Shown piece by piece: positions 19,139 through 28,796 of a DNA stretch of 64,000 nt. The stretch comes from an uncultured bacterium (GTDB taxonomy: Bacteria > Poribacteria > WGA-4E > PCPOR2b), in the NCBI GenBank assembly GCA_964577695.1, contig CAZOAL010000003.1, positions 163,486 through 227,485 on the forward strand, read 5' to 3'. The notes under the pieces are model-generated. The model searched no databases. It was not told where the DNA came from and saw nothing but the letters and a program-made list of their open reading frames with translations. Within the stretch, counting starts at the first letter, position 1; every line of letters begins with the position of its first letter. The position numbers and the translations under genes are program-made.

Positions 19139-20392
19139 ATGAAGGTCAATCCACAACAATTTCTTGATGATGGCTATCTCATTTTACGAGAGGTTATTTC
19201 TCCACAACGGTTAGACGAACTGCGCGCCAGTTTTGAAGTCCTTGTTGAACGGCAGAAAGCAATTTGGGTACGTGAGCGCAAGCCCAACGACCCGCCGGGC
19301 GGCGCATGGGAAACTTCAGCCCAGCCACGGTTGGGGGCTTTCAATACTCTTATTGATGAGACAACTGCCAACACAGTTGAATGTTGGTTACACGAAAATA
19401 CGTTGGGTGTCAGTCGCCAACTGTTGAGCGTGCCGGATGCGGCGTCGGTCGCGGGGATGATGTTGATGTGCAGCCCCACGCGCGATCACGGCCCCGCCAA
19501 TTGGCACCGCGATGTCCATCCCATTGACATGGCACCACTCGGTGGCTTGCAGATGGACCTGCTGGAGAAAGGGCCCAAGTATGTACAGTGGAACATCCCA
19601 CTCTATGACGATGATGTGCTGTGGGTGGTGCCCGGCAGCCATCGCCGCCTCAATACCGACGTAGAAAACCGACAACTGCTTGAAAATCCGCGCACCCCCT
19701 TGCCGGGGAGCATCCCGGTTCACCTCAAAGCTGGCGATGGTGTGGTGTATATCAACTACCTCCTGCACTGGGGCAGCAACTACAGCACCAAACTGCGACG
19801 CACCCTTCACGGCGGTCACTCAATTTTCCCTTACTTCCCTGACCTGAGCTTCACGAGGTTCCTTTCGCCTTCGGCGCGGGAGACCTTTGCGTGCTGGGCT
19901 CAGAAAAGCGCAAAGATGCAAGACCTTACAGAGGCAGCGCTCCGCGCTGTTATCAACAAAGATGTCAACACTTACCATGCAGCGGTCGAATCGCTCCAGC
20001 CCGGCGCGGGCGAGAAGGGCAAACTGGCACTGGCAATCTATCTCTCCAAGGCGGCCTATCACATCCACATCTTGAAACGCCCCGACTTTGACAGCCCCGC
20101 AAGTCGAAGACTCTCGGAACGGAGCGGGATTCAAAGCAACTTGCCCGCGGATGTTCGCAGACGCGCGACCAACTCGCACTCAATCACGCTCAACTGGGGG
20201 CCAGCGTTCGCCGTTCGCTTCTCGCAGGCAGAGGCTGACATTTTATGGCAGCGTTTCAAGACGCTTGACGCGAAACTTCAGGCGGAGACGGAGCAGTTTG
20301 TTCCCGGCTTCCAGTCCGGGCCGATGCGATACTTCTTCGAGGAGATGCCAGACGATTTCGATGTCGAAGACTTTATCGCCAGTTGGGATTAA
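19139..20392 (+). CDS. phytanoyl-CoA dioxygenase (PhyH) family protein with C-terminal extension
   Basis: N-terminus MKVNPQQFLDDGYLILREVI...; HRDVHP ... H motif spacing; RBS aaggag. Confidence 0.7.
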   Translation: MKVNPQQFLDDGYLILREVISPQRLDELRASFEVLVERQKAIWVRERKPNDPPGGAWETSAQPRLGAFNTLIDETTANTVECWLHENTLGVSRQLLSVPDAASVAGMMLMCSPTRDHGPANWHRDVHPIDMAPLGGLQMDLLEKGPKYVQWNIPLYDDDVLWVVPGSHRRLNTDVENRQLLENPRTPLPGSIPVHLKAGDGVVYINYLLHWGSNYSTKLRRTLHGGHSIFPYFPDLSFTRFLSPSARETFACWAQKSAKMQDLTEAALRAVINKDVNTYHAAVESLQPGAGEKGKLALAIYLSKAAYHIHILKRPDFDSPASRRLSERSGIQSNLPADVRRRATNSHSITLNWGPAFAVRFSQAEADILWQRFKTLDAKLQAETEQFVPGFQSGPMRYFFEEMPDDFDVEDFIASWD

Positions 20393-20395
20393 GTG

Positions 20396-20500
20396 AGGGC
20401 TAGTCATCATTCCCAGGGGAGGCAGTCGTAGCCTAAGATTCTATCTTGGCCCCTTGCGCAAGGGGCCAAGATAGAATCTTGGGCTACAATTCAACCGCCG
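20396..20500. repeat. gene-end motif gtgagggctagtcatcattcccaggggaggcagtcgtagcc plus family-B core palindrome (gtagcctaagattctatcttggcc..ggccaagatagaatcttgggctac)
   Basis: same motif follows the stops at 42976 and, in diverged form, 11043. Confidence 0.8.
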
Positions 20501-20682
20501 GATAATTATGACCAAGCCTCGATTAAGTGTGGGGCTGGTCCATTTCTGGAAAAATGAGTTGACACGCAGCATCAGCCGGAAGGAAAGGAAGGAAGAAAGG
20601 GGGGAAACCCTTCCCTTCCTTCCTTTCCGTTCACTCTGCTCTTCTTACCCAATTGTCAACATCTTTCTGAAACACCTGTCCA

Positions 20683-21810
20683 TCACACCGCATAAGCCAC
20701 TGAGCCATCTTCGCGCAACAAGGTCTGACCGGTGTTCATGGGTTGGTACGGAGTCTGAGCGATCAGGTTGTCGTCGAGCTCCACACCCAACCCCGGCGCT
20801 TCGGGAATCGGAATAAAGCCCCCCTCGCGTCGGTATGAGGTTTTATAAACCGCGTTGTGAGGGGCTTCGTCGCTTTTGGTGTACTCTTGGGTGATGAAGT
20901 TCGGGATGCTGGCGTCGAGGTGCAGCGAGGCAGCCGTAATCAACGGACTCAGGAAATTGTGAGTCACGACGGCGCTGTGGTAGGATTCGGCGATGGCGGC
21001 GATTTTTTTGCAGTGGGTCAGGCCGCCAGCCAAAGCCACATCCGGGCGCACGTACTGAGGACCACCCGCAGCCAGCAACTCGCGGAACTCCCAGATCGTC
21101 GTCAGGCGTTCGCCGATGCCCAGAGGAACGGTGATGCGCCTGGCAATCTCCGCCTGGGACACAATGCTGTCGATCTGGATGGGGTCCTCCAGGAAGTAGA
21201 GATTAAAAGGTGCCAAAGCCTCAGCCAGGACGATGGCGTTCATAGGAGTGAGTTTGCGGTGGACTTCGACGATTAGGTCCAGGTCGGGGCCGCCGCCCTC
21301 GCGTGCCGCCGCGACCAGGTCACGGGCCGTCTTGACAAGGCGATCCAGGGCCATATTCTGGTATCCACCGACCACCGGGTCGAACTTGAGGGCAGTGAAA
21401 CCCTCCTCCACCGTCGCTTTGGCAGTCTGGAACATTGCCTCCGGGGTGGAGCCGCCAGCCATAAGGTGCAGGCGGATTTTGTCGCGGCAATTGCCTCCTA
21501 ACAGCTCCCACACTGGGACGCCGAAGTGCTTGCCTTTGATGTCCCACAGTGCGATGTCAACGGCACTGATGGCACCACAGAGGGCCGACCCCCGAAAAGG
21601 CCCCATGCGATAGAGGTACTGCCAGTGGTGTTCAATGCGCAAGGGATTCTGGCCGATCAGGTACTTCTCGAAAGTCCCAACGATTCTTTCCACCGCTTCG
21701 GGGTAGCCCCAGCAGGCGGTCTGGCCAATGCCGCTGATACCATTATCGGTATGGATGCGGACCACATAGCCATTGCCAATAAAGAGGGATTCGATTCTGT
21801 CAATTTTCAT
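20683..21810 (-). CDS. mandelate racemase/muconate lactonizing enzyme (enolase superfamily) sugar-acid dehydratase, galactonate/mannonate dehydratase-like
   Basis: N-terminus MKIDRIESLFIG...ISAVDIALWDIKGK...; 375 aa; RBS aaaggag. Confidence 0.75.
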   Translation of the reverse strand: MKIDRIESLFIGNGYVVRIHTDNGISGIGQTACWGYPEAVERIVGTFEKYLIGQNPLRIEHHWQYLYRMGPFRGSALCGAISAVDIALWDIKGKHFGVPVWELLGGNCRDKIRLHLMAGGSTPEAMFQTAKATVEEGFTALKFDPVVGGYQNMALDRLVKTARDLVAAAREGGGPDLDLIVEVHRKLTPMNAIVLAEALAPFNLYFLEDPIQIDSIVSQAEIARRITVPLGIGERLTTIWEFRELLAAGGPQYVRPDVALAGGLTHCKKIAAIAESYHSAVVTHNFLSPLITAASLHLDASIPNFITQEYTKSDEAPHNAVYKTSYRREGGFIPIPEAPGLGVELDDNLIAQTPYQPMNTGQTLLREDGSVAYAV

Positions 21811-21834
21811 GGTGAACTCCTTTCAAAACTGTGA

Positions 21835-21995
21835 ATGACACGACTGTTTCAGTTATGGGCAAAAGTGATGCGCAGACTTCCGAAGTTTCAACATCTGAGT
21901 TGAGCTGAGACGATGTGAAACCATAAAAAACAGATTCAGCAAAAATCGGGTCTCAAACTTCGGAAGTCTCAGTGAAAAACTCGTATGAATAAGGA
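21835..21995. repeat. MITE-like element family A, copy 2
   Basis: aligns base-for-base with 9740-9900. Confidence 0.8.
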
Positions 21996-22104
21996 TTAAC
22001 AGAAAAATCTCGTGGAGATTCATTATCTCATACTTTCATCAACGGGTCAATACGGAAAAAAGCTGATATGCGTGTTTTTAATTGATTTCGGACTTTCCAG
22101 GTTT

Positions 22105-22160
22105 TGAATCCGTCCAGTTTGCGTGTTGCGTATCGCGTATTTCGTACTTCTACGCAACAC
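22105..22160. repeat. inverted repeat tttgcgtgttgcgtatcgcgtatttcgta / tacgcaacacgcaatacgagag
   Basis: read directly. Confidence 0.7.
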
Positions 22161-22327
22161 GCAATACGAGAGTTCGTGTTGGTCAGTTATACGAGTTTTT
22201 CGCTTGGTTCCCTCGCCCCTTGTGGGAGAGGGAGAAAGACGAACCTTCGGTTGGACTCGATTGGGCGATAACCGACAAACTCGTATCAGTTATTGGGAAA
22301 TTCTTTACGAATTAACGGAGGAAGATA

Positions 22328-23254
22328 ATGGCAACGTTGCAAAAGGACGGTTCAGTGTTGCAAATTGAAACGGATAGCTATCACGCCGCCATGCAGACAC
22401 AAGGCTATGTCAGCGGCACGATGGCAGGCAGTTTCATGGACAAACGCACCGGTGCTCGCGATTTGGGGTTCGGCTTGTGTATCATCGATTTTTTACTGGA
22501 GCCGGGAGCTGACGATGAAACGACACCGCCAGCGTTGCGCTACCACTGGGGAGACGCGGTACATGGCCAGATTCCCAAGCGTTATGTGGAACTTCCGCAG
22601 ATTTGCACGCAGGCGAAGCAGCTCCCCTTTGAAGTTGTGGAAGGCGAAGGCTTTGTCGCCGTGCGGCAGTGGTTCAGATGGGATACCGCTCGTCCGCCTT
22701 ACAAAGCAGGCTCGCGTTGGGAGCAATGGCTCGTTTTCCCCGACGGCGTCCGTTGGTTCTTCGCTTACGACAAAGTGACCAGTGCCAACACAGTCGATAA
22801 CCTCGTGTTGCGGATGGATATGCCAGGGCACCTCAAGCACCAACGCGGTGACACATTTGAGGGGGTTTACTTGAGTTATCACGGGGACATCCCATCGGGT
22901 GCGTTTGCTGATGATTTTCCACCCGATGGGCGTTACTTTTATCGGCGCGGTGGCGATGGCAGTGTGCCGCAACGGTTCATCCGCGCTTATCAGTTGCGCA
23001 ACGGCGTTTGGCTGGCAGGGATGGCGTTAGAACCATCGGCCGTTTATGAGGCATGGTGCCACCAGCGCGGCTATGTTTGCTTCATTCAGGAAATCGGTGG
23101 GCGACGTGTACACGCAGGTGAAAGTTTTGGTGCTGTTCACCTCATTGGCTTCTTCGATGACCTTGCTGAGATGGAGCGCGTGTTTGACGCTCACAAAGGC
23201 GCAACGGCTTTGCGAGTGGAGGGTGGTCGGTGGCGGTTGGAAAGTGAAACGTAA
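22328..23254 (+). CDS. hypothetical protein
   Basis: 308-aa ORF, RBS ggaggaag; no recognisable motif. Confidence 0.5.
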   Translation: MATLQKDGSVLQIETDSYHAAMQTQGYVSGTMAGSFMDKRTGARDLGFGLCIIDFLLEPGADDETTPPALRYHWGDAVHGQIPKRYVELPQICTQAKQLPFEVVEGEGFVAVRQWFRWDTARPPYKAGSRWEQWLVFPDGVRWFFAYDKVTSANTVDNLVLRMDMPGHLKHQRGDTFEGVYLSYHGDIPSGAFADDFPPDGRYFYRRGGDGSVPQRFIRAYQLRNGVWLAGMALEPSAVYEAWCHQRGYVCFIQEIGGRRVHAGESFGAVHLIGFFDDLAEMERVFDAHKGATALRVEGGRWRLESET

Positions 23255-23403
23255 TGGAAGGAGGGGAGGGATGGAAGAAAGCAACCTGCCAAGTTCCCTC
23301 TCCCTCCGTGGGAATTGCTTCGCGATATTTGATGTGCAGGGCTTCCACCATAAGGTCAAGTCCACAGAGCTCAGTCACCGAGCGTGCGTTGAAGCTTGGC
23401 GTT

Positions 23404-23874
23404 TCAATGCTTCCGCTTCTTCTGTTGTAATTCCTCTGCTCGTTTTGCTACGATTTGCGCCAGTGTGGTAAAAACTCGGAAATCACCTTTGAGGATGTCG
23501 ATCACATGCTGTCTAAGGACTGTGGCGTATTGCGAGAGAATTCTCTCTAGCTTTCGGGGAGCGAATGCTTCTTGGAATTTCTGTTCAACTCTTGATGATG
23601 GCGATCTGAGCTCAATCAGGTCGTCTAAGTAAAAGCCATTCATTGCATCCGCATATTCCGGGCGTCGGTTATTGACAAGCTGAGAGAGAAAAACAAACAC
23701 CCGATACTCCCTTGGCTCAAAGCGGATGGTGATGGATGTCGTTTGGTTTCGGTACTCAATTTCCGTTCCGAAAGGGTCCCGTTCAGTCGCCACGACCTTG
23801 AAACCAAACTCATCTATCAGAAATTGGAATACATCGTCACACAGTTTTTCAAACCTCTTATTCATATCATTCAT
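23404..23874 (-). CDS. hypothetical protein (156 aa), ATGA-coupled to the upstream 51-aa ORF (immunity/antitoxin-like position)
   Basis: ORF; lower-GC region. Confidence 0.5.
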   Translation of the reverse strand: MNDMNKRFEKLCDDVFQFLIDEFGFKVVATERDPFGTEIEYRNQTTSITIRFEPREYRVFVFLSQLVNNRRPEYADAMNGFYLDDLIELRSPSSRVEQKFQEAFAPRKLERILSQYATVLRQHVIDILKGDFRVFTTLAQIVAKRAEELQQKKRKH

Positions 23875-24026
23875 GGGTGTACCACAGGGTAACCGACCTT
23901 TTCGATCTCCCTGCGCTCCATTTCATAGTAAGGACTGCGGAAAGGTCTTTTGGAATCGGGACCAAGATCTATAATCACCCTTCCCTTTTTCATCTGTTCA
24001 CGTATCCATTTTTTGTTGTTATTCAT
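23871..24026 (-). CDS. small ORF (51 aa) MNNNKKWIREQMKKGRVIIDLGPDSKRPFRSPYYEMERREIEKVGYPVVHP, below the 60-aa ORF-track cutoff
   Basis: translated by hand from the complement; its stop TGA overlaps the ATG of 23404..23874 (cccATGAatg). Confidence 0.4.
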   Translation of the reverse strand: MNNNKKWIREQMKKGRVIIDLGPDSKRPFRSPYYEMERREIEKVGYPVVHP

Positions 24027-24317
24027 CCAATTTTCTGGAATCTCTGATCTGGGTCTATAGTACCTCGCTCCAATCTGTTTCGCTTATGGAATGACACGGG
24101 CTTTCATGTTCTCACCAATCACTACCTTACCGATTCCCCTGTTGGCAGTCTGTTTTCGTTGACCTGAACTTCTTCGCTGAATCAAATTTCCTGGATGGGC
24201 CAATCTATCCAACACCTCCCAAAACCGCACCTGCCCCATACGCGGCATCCACATTCCTAAGTCTTTTCTACCTCTATCTTGTTAAATTCAGAAAACCGGC
24301 GCCAGGCGTGAGGGAAA

Positions 24318-24593
24318 CTACCGATGGAGAAGCACCGAGACCACCCAGTTCCACCCCGCGGAACTGTAGAACGTATACATCTCTAGTGAGAATTCGTCTC
24401 CGAATTTTTCCGCAAAACGCGAGAGCAGGTCTTCCCGCCAACGTCGGCAGTGATTTCGTGTGATCTCAGGTGTTGCCGCCTGTACCATGCGGGAAGCACC
24501 TTTCCCAGCCCATAAACTCAATATGGTATTCCTCTTCAGATACCACACCTGAGGCGCATTGCCATAGGCAAACTGAACACGGCGAATATCCAT
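24318..24593 (-). CDS. hypothetical small protein (91 aa), possibly a gene remnant
   Basis: ORF 18 nt downstream of 24612..25607; followed by about 290 nt of non-coding or decayed sequence. Confidence 0.3.
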   Translation of the reverse strand: MDIRRVQFAYGNAPQVWYLKRNTILSLWAGKGASRMVQAATPEITRNHCRRWREDLLSRFAEKFGDEFSLEMYTFYSSAGWNWVVSVLLHR

Positions 24594-24611
24594 CGGGTAA
24601 GTTCAGCGCAA

Positions 24612-25607
24612 TTAAGGTTCATTTATGATAGTCCAAGCTCGTTGTTTAGCGTACGTATATGCTTCTTGGATGCCAATGAACACAAGTTCTCCTGTATGAG
24701 CTTCAAGCTCAGGATTGATCCCTAGGGTGCATGACCCATCTGGCATGATCCAACCATCATTTGGTATATTAATCCAGTAAACTCCTTCCCAAGACACACT
24801 CTTATCCGGTATTCCAATCCGATAACCAAATGCCTTAGTGAAGTCTGGGTTCGCATCAATAACAACATGCGTAATTGGTTGCTGTCTGCGGCTCAACAAC
24901 TTGTTATATGCTTGTCGATACTCCACAAACTTATCGCGCGATGCCGTATCCCAAGCCTTTCTGACGAGTTCGTCTAAGGCAGCAATTGCTGCCGGGGTGG
25001 TCATTCTTGAAATACATCGTGCCCCTTCTGTCCCCATGTCATCCTTCTTGGTCAGCAAGATGTACGTTACCAGGGCAGTTGCGGCTTCTGAGGTGTTTTC
25101 AATAGCAACCACGTTTATGCCTCGGAGAGCAACCCCATGCTCAAGGTTGCTGTGAAAACCACTCGCAGCACCAATGTGAACTAAACAATTGTAAGCTTTT
25201 CTGGCGCGACTGCTCGCAAACCACCCGGATCTAAGAGCACGGTAGAAATTTTCAATTAGAGAGCTTGGTACTTTTCTTTTCCATTTATCCACTTTCCATT
25301 CATGAGTTAATGGATCGTATCCTGAAGAAACGCTTATGTTCCAAAGACGTAGACGTGCAACTTCACGGTGTGCTGCTTCAAAGGTATCGCACCTGGTATA
25401 CTCTTTCAAGCTACGTGGATCTGCCATAAAGTCTTCTACAAGCACAACATGGGCCCTCCTACTATCCTGGACAATAGCACAGGGTTCCCAAGGAATATCA
25501 CCGTCCAACGGCTCATCAAACCAAATCGATATAACGTAGCCCCATTTTCCGCTGGCAAGTTCTCTTTGGTAGTTTGACAACCATTGGCTTTTAATTTGGC
25601 TAATCAT
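24612..25607 (-). CDS. hypothetical protein (331 aa) of unknown function
   Basis: strong RBS aaggagg before ATG; lower-GC region; no recognisable family. Confidence 0.6.
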   Translation of the reverse strand: MISQIKSQWLSNYQRELASGKWGYVISIWFDEPLDGDIPWEPCAIVQDSRRAHVVLVEDFMADPRSLKEYTRCDTFEAAHREVARLRLWNISVSSGYDPLTHEWKVDKWKRKVPSSLIENFYRALRSGWFASSRARKAYNCLVHIGAASGFHSNLEHGVALRGINVVAIENTSEAATALVTYILLTKKDDMGTEGARCISRMTTPAAIAALDELVRKAWDTASRDKFVEYRQAYNKLLSRRQQPITHVVIDANPDFTKAFGYRIGIPDKSVSWEGVYWINIPNDGWIMPDGSCTLGINPELEAHTGELVFIGIQEAYTYAKQRAWTIINEP

Positions 25608-26035
25608 CGAGTTGCCTCCTTACTTGGCGCAAACTTATAGATGTCAGACCGAGAACGCAGATTAAAGTGAAATGGACCACAGTTCGTGTCCACTTCCCAA
25701 TGCGCGACCTCGAGGTGTCCTTCAAGCAAATGTATCTTCGTAATCTGCGGCGATTTGTTAAATTGACCGGAAAACTTAACATTCTTTGGATTGGGTTCAA
25801 TTCATGGAGTGTCGCACCGCCAATTCTGTCACCTCGCAAAAACGTCTGGTCGAGCCATAAGATTCGACGAAATCTCCAGATGTTGGGATTAAGGAAAACC
25901 AGAGGCAGAAGCCTCCACTCCCACGAACACGGAAGGGCTTTCACGTCACATCTGGCGTTTTCAGCCATGAAAACCCAGCGATTTCGCCAAAACCCTCCCG
26001 TTTTCCTTTGGGCGATTGCCCGCTCTTCCAGAGGG

Positions 26036-26407
26036 TTAGGGTGGTGGAGGGAGAAGATTTTGCACGAAATCCTTTATCGGCTGATAGGCGAGGTTGATGA
26101 GATCTTCGACTTCTGGTGGTGTGAATCGGTACAGCTCATATCTTGCTTGACGGCTTGCCCAGTACAGATCTAAATACTCACTTGCGATAGGCAATCCAAA
26201 TCGCATCACAGCATCATTGCAAGCCCGATGAGAAGTGAAGTGCTGATGATGGCGGTTATCAAAGTATGCTTCAATCCAATGTAATGCTGCGTAAAAAGCG
26301 GCCGTGACAATCCACTCTCGATTCACCGACACCGTTCTGTCTAGCGATTGAAAGAAGGTTTCGTTACGTTGCGCCTGTGTTTCATGTTGCACTTGGCTCG
26401 GCATCAC
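26036..26407 (-). CDS. hypothetical protein (123 aa), helical, HEPN-like candidate
   Basis: ATGA overlap with the upstream gene; AAFYAALHWIEAYF...SHRACNDAV...RQARYE helical pattern. Confidence 0.45.
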   Translation of the reverse strand: MMPSQVQHETQAQRNETFFQSLDRTVSVNREWIVTAAFYAALHWIEAYFDNRHHQHFTSHRACNDAVMRFGLPIASEYLDLYWASRQARYELYRFTPPEVEDLINLAYQPIKDFVQNLLPPPP

Positions 26408-26757
26408 TTCTCCTTTTCATAAAGGACAATCGCCTCTTCGGGAAGGTGTTCTCTTTTGCTGGTAATCATAAAATCAAATAAAAGTCCCGGGTCAGACTTT
26501 CGTACCACTTTGATAAAGCGCTCAATGATTGCCTTACCCAAATCTCGGTTGTCCCGAGCTGTAACTGTCCAGAGGTCAACATAGCCAGCATACGGAATAG
26601 CCCCGATGGTAACAACACCATCGAGTTGACTGACCTTCTGGGCAAATGCCTGACACACTTCTTCGTACTCACCGAGTTCTTTTCGGACCCAGAGTTTTTC
26701 TTTAGCCCATTTTAGCATTTCTTCTTCCGTTTGAACCGTTGCTGGAACGCTCATCGT
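26404..26757 (-). CDS. hypothetical protein (117 aa, MSVPATVQ...), upstream partner of 26036..26407
   Basis: RBS aaggaggg 7 nt before ATG 26757, so the track ORF is trimmed; GVVTIGAIPYAGYVDLW is a weak minimal-nucleotidyltransferase-like motif. Confidence 0.45.
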   Translation of the reverse strand, partial: TMSVPATVQTEEEMLKWAKEKLWVRKELGEYEEVCQAFAQKVSQLDGVVTIGAIPYAGYVDLWTVTARDNRDLGKAIIERFIKVVRKSDPGLLFDFMITSKREHLPEEAIVLYEKEK

Positions 26758-26981
26758 AAATCCCTCCTTCTGAAGTTGATAGGACCACAGCATTATAGCA
26801 CAAGGCACTTTGAGGCGCAAGCGAATCTTTTGATATACAAAAACTGGTGTCCACCTACTTATCTCATGATTCAACCGGCTCTGCCGCTTTTGAATCCGTG
26901 CCCTGGTCGGTCAGGACCGTCAATTTGCCGTGGCCAGCCTTCCAGCCAAAAGTCAGCCATGGCGTTGAGTTCATTCACGTT

Positions 26982-27842
26982 TCACGTTCCTAATTCAGAC
27001 AAAACCCGTCGCAGATAAGCCACATCTTCCTTCGCCCACTGCTCTAAATTGGGTGGGGAGGTGTCCGCATACCCGACCTGGCGGATAATCGATTCATCGA
27101 AGTTATACTCCGTGTGAACTGATAAAGGGCCGTCAAAGCCGAGTTTTCGCAGGGCGCTCAAGCAGCGATGCCAATTGACACATCCCGCCCCAACCTTCAC
27201 GAAGCAGGGGATATAAGGTAGGATATGACCGGCGGGTTGGGGGGCATAGAGAGCGTCCTTGATGCCCACGACGGACAGGTAATCGCGGAGCATCGACAGC
27301 CCCATGGCATCATCCTCCCCATCAAGCAAAAGGTGGCCGAAGTCAGGGTAGGCACCGACATGGCGGGGGTCAAACCCTTTGATGAGGTGCATCAACCCCG
27401 CGCAGTTAGACCCGATACAGGGGCCGCTATGGATTTGATAGCAGGTTTGCACCCCGTATTTTTCGCTCAACTTCACGAACCCTTCGAGGTCAGCGCGCGC
27501 GCCGTCCAGGACCTTCCAGTAATCGTCGCCCTCGTTGAATTTCCAGAACCCGATCTTGAGGCGAGGGACCCCCGCCTCCGCGCAAGCGGCATATAACGTT
27601 TCGGCGTCGGGGGCCTTCGGAGCGGTCATCGTCACCGCTGCTGTCGCCAACGGGCAAACGAGGCCCTGAGTCTGCCAAACCTTCACCGCCTTGGGCAACG
27701 CCTCGATTACGTTCTCAACGTGAATGGGGTGCCCCGGACGGATGCAGATGTCGATGCCATCGAAGCCAAGCGCAATCGCTTTCTCGCCAAGCCGCTCAAT
27801 GGTGAGATGTGAAAAGAATTTAGAATTGATAATGAGTTGCAT
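26982..27842 (-). CDS. sugar phosphate isomerase/epimerase (xylose isomerase-like TIM barrel)
   Basis: 286 aa; family-typical N-terminus ...LGFDGIDICIRPGHP... Confidence 0.7.
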   Translation of the reverse strand: MQLIINSKFFSHLTIERLGEKAIALGFDGIDICIRPGHPIHVENVIEALPKAVKVWQTQGLVCPLATAAVTMTAPKAPDAETLYAACAEAGVPRLKIGFWKFNEGDDYWKVLDGARADLEGFVKLSEKYGVQTCYQIHSGPCIGSNCAGLMHLIKGFDPRHVGAYPDFGHLLLDGEDDAMGLSMLRDYLSVVGIKDALYAPQPAGHILPYIPCFVKVGAGCVNWHRCLSALRKLGFDGPLSVHTEYNFDESIIRQVGYADTSPPNLEQWAKEDVAYLRRVLSELGT

Positions 27843-27844
27843 AT

Positions 27845-27880
27845 CAGGCGTGAAACGTGAAACGTGAAACGTGAAATGTG
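27845..27880. repeat. (GTGAAAC)x3-4 heptamer repeat
   Basis: gtgaaacgtgaaacgtgaaacgtgaaatgtgagg. Confidence 0.85.
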
Positions 27881-27912
27881 AGGATTTGAACCCATGAACT
27901 GATGAACACCCT

Positions 27913-28770
27913 CTACCCGGTGTTTATACTTCCTTCGATTTGACGCAAATAATCCGCAATCTGCCGATACGCCGAGTTCAGCCGCTGCATCATTTCAAGG
28001 CTCCCGCCTTTATCCGGGTGATAATTCAATGCCAGTTGACGGTAGCGAGTTTTCAATTCATCAAAGTCAGCCTGATGAGTAAAGCCCAAAAGTTGGAAGT
28101 TGTTTCGCAAGGCTTCAGGCACGTTAAGTGGCTGATGCTCTGTTTCTTGCCGTTCCACTCGCTCGATCTCTTGCAGACGGAGGGCTTCCAGATGCCTCTC
28201 CAGTGTCATTGAGGACATCAATCGAATTCTATCCACCTCAAAAAACAGTTCCCCGACGCACTTCGCATGAATTTCATCCGGCGTCCCATCCGTCTTCTGA
28301 GCCATCACCCGCTCAAATGCCGCGATTCGCTCCCGTTTATTTTGAGATACAGTCCGTTCATAATATGCCCGAACCAGCTCCTGGTACAGTTGCCATTTGG
28401 GGTGTTGCAAACCGATCGTCGCCCAATTCCGCAACCGACAGCCGATGAACGCATCAAGTGCCTCGCGTGCGACATAAGCGGAAATCTCCTCCTGGATGAC
28501 CTCCATATCCTCTCGATTGAAATCTTGAAAAATCGAGAAATCTAGTTTATGTCGATAGAAATCCTTCAGCCGCTCCAGGTCACACGCTGCAACAAAAGGT
28601 TGGGGCGGTTTGATAAACCCACGCTCCCAGGTGCGAAGTTGTTTCTGGAATCGTTGGACCTCCTTGAAAGAAATACGGGCTGCGACATCATGCGCGTGTT
28701 GCTCAAAAACGTGCCGCAATCGCTCCGAAATAAACGCCAGTTCATCAACGAATAAATAAGTTTTAGACAT
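27913..28770 (-). CDS. J-domain (DnaJ-like) protein, J domain at the C-terminus
   Basis: ELKTRYRQLALNYHPDKGG with HPD tripeptide. Confidence 0.7.
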   Translation of the reverse strand: MSKTYLFVDELAFISERLRHVFEQHAHDVAARISFKEVQRFQKQLRTWERGFIKPPQPFVAACDLERLKDFYRHKLDFSIFQDFNREDMEVIQEEISAYVAREALDAFIGCRLRNWATIGLQHPKWQLYQELVRAYYERTVSQNKRERIAAFERVMAQKTDGTPDEIHAKCVGELFFEVDRIRLMSSMTLERHLEALRLQEIERVERQETEHQPLNVPEALRNNFQLLGFTHQADFDELKTRYRQLALNYHPDKGGSLEMMQRLNSAYRQIADYLRQIEGSINTG

Positions 28771-28796
28771 ATGACTTTTTCACCGTTCGTTCAAAC

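Noticed and set aside
25600-26173. ORFs 25600..25968 (-) and 25667..26173 (+) in the 430-bp gap between island genes
   Set aside because: They overlap each other and the start of the 26036..26407 gene. Arg/Leu-rich low-information sequence. More likely a promoter/leader or decayed DNA.
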